Below are positions 55,100 through 64,000 of a stretch of DNA of 64,000 nucleotides, piece by piece. Under the pieces are notes generated by a model that saw only the letters and a program-made list of their open reading frames with translations, was not told where the DNA came from and searched no databases. The DNA comes from Marsupella aquatica (taxonomy: Eukaryota; Plantae; Marchantiophyta): positions 21,049,767 to 21,113,766 of the forward strand of contig OZ316894.1 of NCBI GenBank assembly GCA_973895155.1, read 5' to 3'. Position 1 is the first letter of the stretch. Every line of letters starts with the position of its first letter. The position numbers and the translations under genes were made by a program.

Positions 55100-56740
55100 A
55101 GGCTCGATGCTCCTGCGCTGCAGCTGCTGCTGCTGCCGCTGCTCATCTTCTTTTCATGCACCTCTTCCAGGTGTGCCCGCTCACTCATGTCTGTCTATCT
55201 TCTGTAATAGAGCAGCTGCCGTCCATGTCAAGTCATCCTCTGCAGGCCCGTCCCTCCACTTCTCTAACATAGCACCGCACTGACGCCACGAACATGGCAG
55301 AGCACCACTACCTTCGCTCTTCCTGCTCGTCAAATCGCGTGGAGGTGATCGGTGTTCCCTCTACTTCAAACGTGGAAATAATCAGCACAGGTCTCCTTTG
55401 CTATGCGGAAATAATCAGAAGCGGTGGTCCCCTCGTCAACCCTGCATATGATCGGACCCTAGCTTCTTCTGCTTCTTCTTCAGCAGTGGAACTGGCTCGA
55501 CCGACTACCCCTTCTGTCCGCGTACCGCGTCTTCTCTATCCGGTCGCCTTTCTGTTCCTGAAAAGGTCTCTTCGTCTTGTTCTTCTTTCTCCTTTGCTGT
55601 GATTTCCGCGGCAACACTACGGTAAGCTCTGCTGCTGCATGCCCGCCCAGTTGCAAAAGAGTGATTACTTCCACTACGCTGCTGCTGCTACTGCTGCTCT
55701 ACTTACTCTACTACTTCGGTCCAAACTGCTGAGGACGAGGACCACTTCTACCCAGCACCAGCACAGGACCACACCCGATGATGCCGACGACGGTCCAAAA
55801 CTATGGGCAGCACCAGCACCAGCACCAATCGGTGTACTTCCCGCGACTCATAAGCAGACTCTCGATGGCCCTTTCTCCTCTCCCTCAATCGGAATCAAAC
55901 AAACATCCAGAAACAAGCGACAGAAAGAGGAATTGCGATTCAAAGGAGCGGATTGCAGCCCAAGGAAAGCGTCAAGGACGTAAAACGAGTGACAGAAAAG
56001 CAGCAGCAGGCGGAGAGTTCTTCGGCAACCAGAAAGGTAGCAGAAACGGGAGGGGCGGGTGGGAGGGAGGCAGCGAGCGAGGGAGAGAGAGGGAGGAAGC
56101 AGCCACGAAAGTGGCAAATAGGGGGGAGGGTGTAACTCAGTAGTAGTTGTACTTTTGGACGACGAGCCGAGGATGAAGAGATCCACGACGAAAGCAAGAG
56201 ATCTTCGTCTCCTTCTTCTGCTACTTCTTCTACTTCTTCTTCCTTTTTTTTCTGTGCAGCACTACAGGACTACTTACTACTGCACCACTACCACTGCTCC
56301 TCCGCTACAATACAAGCGAGCGGCAAGAACAACGACTGACTGACTATGGAGCGAGAGATGTGGAGAGCGAAGACCTCGTCGTCGCCTCTCCTCTCGCAGT
56401 CTCGCAGTCTCGCTACTCGCCACCCAGCTTCCGTCCGCCCATGCAACAATCCTTGTTGCAGAGTGCGTAAAGTAAACACAATCGACGAACGAAATGAGCG
56501 AAGACAGCGAAGAGACACAGAGACACAGAGAGAGTGAGAGAAAGAGAGAATGAGCGAGAGACCTGCCGTGGACGGACCGCGGGGTCGGTCGGAGTCTCGG
56601 ACGGTCTCTCTGTGTCTGACTGGGCGGTCCTCGCCCCCCCCCCGAGCGGGCAGTCAAGACCGGGCAGACTGTGGCCCGGGCACGCCAAGGCAAGGAACGG
56701 CAAGGCACGGCAAGGGCACGGCACGGCACGGCAGGACAGG
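55100..56740 (-). promoter_or_regulatory. Microsatellite-rich 5' UTR/promoter region of the RLCK gene
   Basis: Runs of ctg, ctt, cta, ga and cacggca upstream of the ATG; GA/CT-rich tract typical of plant 5' leaders. TSS not determinable. Confidence 0.45.
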
Positions 56741-56799
56741 ACAGACTCCGTCCGGGGCGAAACTACCGTAGTCCCATTCCCGTTACCGCAAAAAATTAA

Positions 56800-57782
56800 A
56801 CCAGGCCCGTGACCAAATCCACGTGGTCACATCAGACTATACCAGAGCTCTGGGTTTAGGGTCATGCTTTGGGTTTCGGGTCATGGACCAAAAATAGAGG
56901 TATTTGTTTCCAAAATGAAACTTGTTATCCGATCAACCCCCTGAGGTCTATCAATGATCTAGATCTGAGATTGAAAGGTCCATCAATGGTCCAGAATGGG
57001 GAAAAGTATTGAGAGGGTTGATTAAGCAAACTTTTTCCAGGGGGTTTACAAAGCATATCTCTCACCAGAAATATGTGGTTCTCACAAAAGGTGACCATCA
57101 TAAACTCGGGCGGTCTCGTAAATTTTGTTTTGCGCAATGTGCGTTGGCACCCGTCAAGAATAGTTTGCCCCTTAGAGAATTGTTAGCAACCATTCTGAAA
57201 TTGTTGGCGCCCAGCTGACCCACGGGAGAGTGTTGAAAGTCATCTCAAACCTGAAACCCTGTGGTTTAAGTTGGCCTGAAAGTTGGATTTTGGTCTTGGT
57301 CATGGACATAGAATTTCTTAGAACGGGCTGACCAGGAAAGAAATGGGAGAGAGCAAGTTTGAGACGCCCTAGTGCGGTGTACAATGTTATGAACAGTATG
57401 GTTTAAAAGAAGTTTTGAGTCATTTCTTACATTGCACTTAGTCTGGACAAAATTGAAAATGATGCTGGCATGGACAGTAGACAGAAGCCTCACAGTCAAG
57501 ATAGACTAGTAAGGAATATCCCTTGTAACATTGTGAGTAAAATGCACTTGATAAGGCACATTGAAATAAAACTACATGACACAAAAATTATGAATAAAAC
57601 AAAATCTCAGAAGTGCATTCACCGCTTCAAAACAATAAACCTTTGAACCCAAAGGTAAAGTGAGTCCAAGTGTGCCAAAAGTTAAAAGAAGTTCAAGGTA
57701 CAGCACATTGGGGCCTTGTGGGGGCCTCATCACTTCACCCAACCAGGCCCGTGACTAAAACCTACATGGTCACAATGTGACT
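56800..57782 (+). repeat. ~40-bp direct repeat pair with internal palindrome
   Basis: accaggcccgtgaccaaatccacgtggtcacatcagact (56800-56838) and accaggcccgtgactaaaacctacatggtcacaatgtgact (57742-57782). Confidence 0.55.
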
Positions 57783-59092
57783 TTAGATTTTGGACAGAGG
57801 TAAACTGATAGGAAACTTTTCAGTTTGTTCCTCAGTAGGGCGTTAGTTCTTTTGCCGGGGTTCAGGACTCTCTGGCTTTTTGGGTGGTTGGTGTTACTAG
57901 GTTTTTCCTTTGTTTTCCCCCTTTGTTGGCTTTTGTATCATTGGGATCCTGTCTCCAAGTATGGTGCTTATAATCTGAAACAGTAAGATTTCGACAGTAT
58001 GGTGTACAATAAGGTACAATAAGGCCATTTAGTACAATGTAGTTCTGACAATGCTTTATGGGCCGTCATTGGATCTCCGTGGCTTCTCCTTCAACTGAAG
58101 TTCAGCCAATATTATTAATTTTGCACCCTACGAAAGGAATATTTAGTACTTGTGAGATCCGGAAAGAATTTTGTGATGCCTTTTTGGTAAAACATTGACT
58201 ATTCGCTATATTTGAGTTTTAAAATTGAGAATGAAAATGGAAGAGAAATATTATCGGCCTTGTGTTATTTCTTGAAATAACGACTATTTAAATATCTGGT
58301 GCAGGTCCTTGGCTAACCTGGATACCATAGGGACAGTGGGTTAGCTCAACCACTATACAAAGTTAATATTTTTCTTTTGAAACTATACACTAATGCCATT
58401 TAACTTTCTCATTTTTAATTAACATAAATGATACATCCTTGCTTTCCGTCAAAATGCATGGATATTCTCTACTATGCATCTAAAATTCTTCTCGATGTTT
58501 CACAAACACTACTTCAAATTTTTGTCTCATTATATATCTATTATTATTCACTGAATTTTTAAAGAGGTATTTATTTTTTCATTAACCTGATCTTTCCTAC
58601 CGTACTCATCAGGCAGGATCTGCAGCTTGTCGGGCAGCAAAAGGGGGCAGGGCAGGGCAGGGCAGATGGAGGGCACGAAGGGCACGAAGGGCAGATCCGG
58701 GCAGCATCCAAACCAGCTAGCTTCTCGGGCAGGGATAGGCAAAGGACAGCAAAAAGTGGGCAGTTGGGCAGGGTAGAACCCCGTGACTCGATTCCTTCCG
58801 TCTAGTACCGCAGGTAGTAGAAACAAGCCTTGCTCACTGAACTTTAATAATAATAATCATTATTATTGACTTGAGGCTCCAATAAGGCATCTGAAACAGC
58901 CGTTTCCCAGAAGTTTCCCATGACCAAGATACAGGAGGTTGGTTGCACTGTTGGACCAAGCACATTGACACACACAAAAGTGAGAATTCCTATAAATATG
59001 TTTCATAATTGTCCACATGGGCTTTGATAGTCTATCGGAGGGTCTTGTACTAGATAAAACTATATTGGAAAATTGAGAGTTGTGCTCAACAT

Positions 59093-59564
59093 TGTTAGGT
59101 ATTTATTCTTATTCTAGGGTTATATTATAACACTAATTAGGGTTTATCTTAGTCATAGACTAGATTAAATTAACTAGGTTGCAGAGTATATTTCAAGCAA
59201 TGTTTGTTTGGATAGAAAGAACTCAAGCTCATTGTTACGGAGCTAGTTAAGAGATAGGGAGATCTTGTATTGCACAGACTTGATATGGCCAAAGGGCCTA
59301 GAGGAAAGTAAAGTTTTTGTGTGTCCTCGTGGACGTAGCCTCAACTGAGGTGAACTACATATCTCTCTATGTTGACTACATATCTCTCTATGTTGACTAC
59401 TTGTGCATTGGATGGTTCATTGGCTTGCCGTTGCAATTGTCGTCTATGTTCAACATCATCTTCAACATCAAGTCTTAATTTGAGTGAAAATGCACAATAA
59501 AGAGTTTTGTACCCACCATTGAATAGACTGTTTCCTGGGTCATCACTTCTTTTCATCCTAAACA
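59093..59564 (+). mobile_element. Degenerate copia-type LTR
   Basis: Ends tgttagg...cctaaaca; contains gtggacgtagcc...ggtgaactac, the same motif as the solo LTR at 61756-62087. No matching TSD found. Confidence 0.5.
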
Positions 59565-59570
59565 TTGGGT

Positions 59571-59969
59571 CCCGGTTTGACCTTGTCCGTCAAACTGGCC
59601 GAAAATCACCGGCAAATCGGCAACCCGAGTTCAGGAGTAGTCCGGGCCGGGACAAGTTTGGGAGACGCTCGGGCCGGTTCCGTGCTGAGTTCGGACGAGG
59701 TTCGGGGGAGTTCGGGGGACCAGGAGTTTGGGGGAGTTCGGGGTTTGGGGGAGGTGTGAGGCGGTCCGGGTGGGGGTCCGGGAAGAGTCTGGGAAGGGTT
59801 CGGGGGAGTCCGGGAAGGGTCTGGGTGAGTTCAGGAGGAGTCCGCAAAGGGTCCGGGGAGCCCAGGTGAGTTTGGGAGAAATTGTCGAATATCTGTCAAA
59901 TTGGTTATTTTCGGGCGGTCATTTGACGGTTTGACATGCCCGGCAACTTGCCCGTCAAGTCAAACCGGG
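59571..59969. mobile_element. 399-bp MITE with 11-bp TIR and 8-bp TSD, G-rich interior
   Basis: TIR cccggtttgac / gtcaaaccggg; identical flanks cattgggt at 59563-59570 and 59970-59977. Confidence 0.88.
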
Positions 59970-60789
59970 CATTGGGTGCAAATAAGTTAGGTTTTAAAAA
60001 TTTTTTGAAGGAGAAATATGTGAAACCCCACAAAAAGAGAACATTCAATTACAACATTTGAACACTAGACCTATGAGTTTCAACTCAAGTGAACTAACAC
60101 ACAGCCATGCCTCTTTGGGACTAAATTGGGGTTTTTTTAATTGGGGGGAAGACTTTGAAAGGTTTTGTTGAAGAACATTAGGGGTGCTTTGTTCCAATTT
60201 GGGAAATCATAAGAAATATAGGGAGTGTTACCTAATTTGGCAATATTCTAGAATATTCCATAAAGTTGAGAGTACAAATAGTTTTAAAAACTTATTTTCT
60301 GCTATGAAATAAATTATGACCCATCCATTCACTCTAGGGAGTAGGGCACGAGTAGGGCACGAACAGTAGTCTTTGATGGCACTATAACATAGATTGAACA
60401 GGGTATGTAGCACTTGCTGAAATTGTGGTTAGTTTGTATTGATATTGCCTATTGCTGTCATGGTAAAAAAACTTCTTGTGATAAAGTGATAGAGCGAGCT
60501 TTTGCCTAGAATGTTGTGTACAAAGCCTGATAAAGAATAGATTTGCCCATAAAGTGGACCAAAAAAGTAACCATAAATTTAAATCTATGTTGAGGAGCCT
60601 TTCAATGAATCCGTCAATCAGTGTGACCCACACTGTGATACTTATGTCAAACATTGCAATCTATCGGAACTGCAATTTTGACTAAAAGGACCACTTTAAT
60701 TTAATTTAATGTGATGTAAAGGAGCTTTAATTTATCAAAAGATTTTATTTTTTTCTTGAGTCAAATAGTGAAGAATTCATCTGACTTAA

Positions 60790-61310
60790 ATTTCTTATTA
60801 TTGGATGAAAACTGTCTATCTCTGTACTAGGAGAACATCTTGAGATGCGCTTGCAGATGAGCCCAGCATCACCAATTTTCTTTGAACATCAATGCAAAGA
60901 CAAATTTCCAAAGTAGGTTGTCTTTTCTTGAATGTTGACAGATTTTCTACTCAGCAACAATATACCTTTAATTTCTCCCTCATTATTGGACAAAAATTGT
61001 CAATCAAAGTACCACTATAGCATCTTGAGATGTTCCAGTGATCTCAACACTGCCATTTTTTGTCAAGAATAGATGCACTTACAAATGTCCACAGTCAGCG
61101 GTCTTTCCTTGAATGTTTACAGATTTTCTGCTACCGGCAACTATTGACCTTTGATTTCTTTCTCATTACTGGATGACAATTGCCAACCCTGGTACCATTA
61201 CAAGCACTTTGGGCTGTGCTTTCCCAGAGCCCACTATCATCATCAATTACTGAGAGCATCAAAGTAGATATGAATTTCCAAAGTTGGCTTCCTTTCTTTG
61301 AACTTTGACA
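60790..61310 (+). repeat. Degenerate ~180-bp tandem repeat, ~3 units
   Basis: ctcattattgga..aaa..tgtc, catcttgagatg and aaatttccaaagt...cttgaatgtt.acagattttct recur at about 180-bp spacing. Confidence 0.6.
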
Positions 61311-61755
61311 TCGTTGATGTTTTCTATAGCTTCAGCGGACAATGTTGATGAGCTACAACTTGACTAACCTGTTGCTTCAGCAGACTTCACGGCGCTATTC
61401 TGGCCATGTCAATGAGTGGAAAAGGCATCTACAAAAGGTTGTTACCAAGGAAAATTGACACTCTATCATCAGGTGGATGGTACTTAGAGCGTACTTTAGA
61501 GAGAAATATTCCTTCTCAAGCTATGAATTTAGTAAATCTCTTTGCACTTTTTGGTCTGAATCAAACAATGGAAACCTAGAAAGCATCTATTTTGTGGAAG
61601 AAGACTGTTGTGATTGTGTTAGAATGTACCAAGAAGGGTAGCTTCAAATCCATTCATCATTCATTGTCAGGATAGAGTTGGCAAGAGGGTTCAATTGAAT
61701 AGTGGTAGTGGTAGTGGTAGTGGTTGTGAGTAAGTTTCAGGGGCTGCTTGGATAT

Positions 61756-62087
61756 TGTTGAACTAAGACGTCATTTGTAACGACCATACAACCATGATTC
61801 ATTCCATGCACACATAGTCGACACAATCTCTACGTGGTTCACCTTTTCTCCAAGGCTACGTCCACACGAACACTCAAGCTTTACTTCAAGAGTAGACGAA
61901 CACACATGCTCTCTCTCTTGCTCCTGTTGCTCTGTTACAATGAGTAAGCACCACACACCAGCGGCTTACACTAGCCCTGGTATATACAAGGTCACACACG
62001 ACTAACCTAACCTCAGCTAAGATCCTAACGGTGGTTAGCCTAAGTGCCGTAATCTATGAGTCACAAGACTAAGAGCAATCCTTAACA
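61756..62087 (-). mobile_element. Solo LTR (copia-type), 332 bp, with 5-bp TSD
   Basis: TG...CA ends (tgttgaac...cttaaca), TSD gatat at 61751-61755 and 62088-62092. Minus strand has tatata and gtggacgtagcc...ggtgaaccacgta. Confidence 0.88.
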
Positions 62088-63309
62088 GATATGTACTCTT
62101 GTCTATAAAGAATTTACCCTTGCAGGCTCCTGGTGTAAAGTCTTCTCCTTCAACATTAGAATGGTTGCTAAGAAATTGTTCAGATCCACAGTCCATGAGA
62201 CATTCTCACCAACAAATGTGCCACATAGTGAATAATCTGTTAGGAATTTGGATGCGTAAATCACTCCACCTCGGATACAAACTTTTTAAGATCATTCCAA
62301 CATTGTCATTTGGTCTCAAAAAAGGAGGTTGATGGGAGGTTGATGTGCTCTCCAGTGTAGCACAAGTGTATTGAATGAGAATCTGCAAGTTGCATGGGTG
62401 TTCTAGCATGAGGCTTCAATTCTGGAAAGCCAATGAGGATCTCATTGTGATCAAGAATGAGAGTCATGTTTGTCATCAGCATGGACTATTGAAAAGCCTT
62501 GGGCTTTTGAGGTGATCGCCAGGTGAAGCATTCCAATGAATTTAGGGGAAAGAACATCTACTGTATTGCCAACACAGTGTGTATAAGACATCCTCATCAA
62601 AAGTTTAGAGTTGCTGTTATAGTTTGGAAAGATTCACGTTATGTGTTTTTGGGTATTACTGTTTAAAAATAAGAAGTGCAGTAATTTTCTTCTAATGTAA
62701 GCTATTGAATGAAACCATATTGAACCAGTAAGCAAAGTGAACATGATGCAATGTCTGGTGCAACTTAAGGTTGAATGATTCCTCAATCCCAACTAGCAGC
62801 AAAATGCACTATGCTAACATTAAAAACTAGTTAATATCTACAACGCTCTACTTTTGAATGTTAGCTTTCACATGGAGCATTACAGAATGAACCTCCCATT
62901 ATTATAAATGTCTCATCATTGTTGGTGATAAAAGAGTGTTTGTTGACAATGAGGTGAAGTTCCTCAAGTACGTGGTCCCGCACTACAGTCTATAATAGTG
63001 GCTCTTATTTGCTCCAAAGGGTGCTAGAGTCAAGTCACATGTAGACAGCCAGGAGCGCCAAAAACACTGACCTATTAAAACTTATGTGCTAGCTGAATCC
63101 AGTTCCATAACTAGAAATGCCCCTATCCTTTGTGAATGTTATAACACAAAAAAATAGAAAGTATGTGGCATGGACAAGAGAGCCTTCTAGTGTTGGTTTA
63201 CGTCACCTACTTCTATAAGTCCTTTCCATGGTGTGTTTATAAACGGGTACAAATGGGTCATTGTAGCATGCAAGGAAACAGTAAAACTTCCTTGCACAAC
63301 AATGTTTTT

Positions 63310-63545
63310 ACTCACATGACCTTATATTTCTATATCCAACTGCCTTGCTAACAACAACCTGGTTGGTACAATCCATTTTTGTGACTCCTCTTTTGGCTAG
63401 CAAACTTGCTAGCCATCTCAAGTCTTAAAAAACACTAAAATCTAAATGGCAGCAAAATAAGAAGAAATTGAAAACCACAGGTGACTCGCTAACAACACTC
63501 TCCTTGCTATCAAAATCACGTTTTTCTCACAGAGGGAACAAAATT
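63310..63545 (-). repeat. Dispersed ~230-bp repeat family, copy 3 (inverted)
   Basis: Reverse complement reads gatagcaaggagagtgttgttagcgag...gatggctagcaagtttgctagccaaaagaggagtcac. Confidence 0.7.
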
Positions 63546-63672
63546 CAGCATTCGTTGGTCTACCATGTAATGGGTGCTATAGGTACACTGTGCTGGATGC
63601 TAGGGGGTACAGTGTACTTGTGTGGAGTATAATCATACTATATAGTAATGTGCCGGTAGATAAAGGTATGGC

Positions 63673-63920
63673 GATACACCTGTACTTTGTAGTAGGTACG
63701 TGGGGCATAGATTTCTATTGTGGGTCCGAAATACATTTTCTCTGGACAATTTGTTTTGTTTTTATTTTAAGGGTGGGGGCAAATTCATGGTGCCGACATG
63801 GTGATACACCTGTACTTTGTGGTGGGCACATGGGGCATAGATACCTATTATGGGGAAGACATTTTCTCTGGGACTAATTGTTTGGTTTTTATTTTGGGGG
63901 TGGGGAAAATTCATGGTGCC
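63673..63920 (+). repeat. Two-copy ~130-bp tandem duplication
   Basis: gatacacctgtactttgt...ggggcatagat...acattttctctgg...aaattcatggtgcc occurs twice. Confidence 0.8.
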
Positions 63921-64000
63921 AAGACTAATCCTCTACACCCCCTGAGACACCCCCTCTCTCACCTTTCCTGGCCTCCACTTCAACTGTATTTATTGTTGTC

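Noticed and set aside
58548-58841. gggca-repeat segment flanked by tcactgaa direct repeats as a small insertion
   Set aside because: No convincing TIRs; the 8-bp match in AT-rich DNA may be chance.
59507-59934. G/R- and P-rich ORFs
   Set aside because: Artefacts of the G-rich MITE interior.
60790-62900. 180-bp repeats and neighbouring DNA as an LRR or other repeat-protein gene
   Set aside because: Translations show no LRR consensus and contain many stops; kept only as a tandem repeat.

Overview
Eukaryotic nuclear DNA from an early-diverging land plant, most likely a moss or another RNA-editing bryophyte (inference from GT-AG introns and a moss-type PLS-DYW PPR gene). Three host genes look intact, all on the minus strand: a 12-exon PRP4-type splicing kinase (3.5-10.0 kb), a PLS-E-DYW RNA-editing factor in one long ORF (37.5-40.8 kb) and a 6-exon RLCK-VII/PBL kinase (52.1-55.0 kb). 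Between them lie a decayed two-pore channel (TPC1-like) copy, a decayed Crypton-type (DUF3504-like) tyrosine recombinase, MITEs, a solo LTR and tandem repeats. The main finding is an 11-kb TIR-bounded Mutator-like element (19343-30404). It encodes a DDE/SWIM transposase and, divergently, a spliced cargo gene fusing a ParB-like domain to a prokaryote-type beta-class (N4C/N6A) DNA methyltransferase domain. The element carries 16 copies of a 15-bp palindrome TAGCGCCnGGCGCTA, almost all in introns, the shared promoter and subterminal DNA. It is inserted into the middle of a degenerate copy of that palindrome inside a ~115-bp tandem array. Both genes in this copy are disrupted by stops and frameshifts. 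All calls are by eye; no searches were run.
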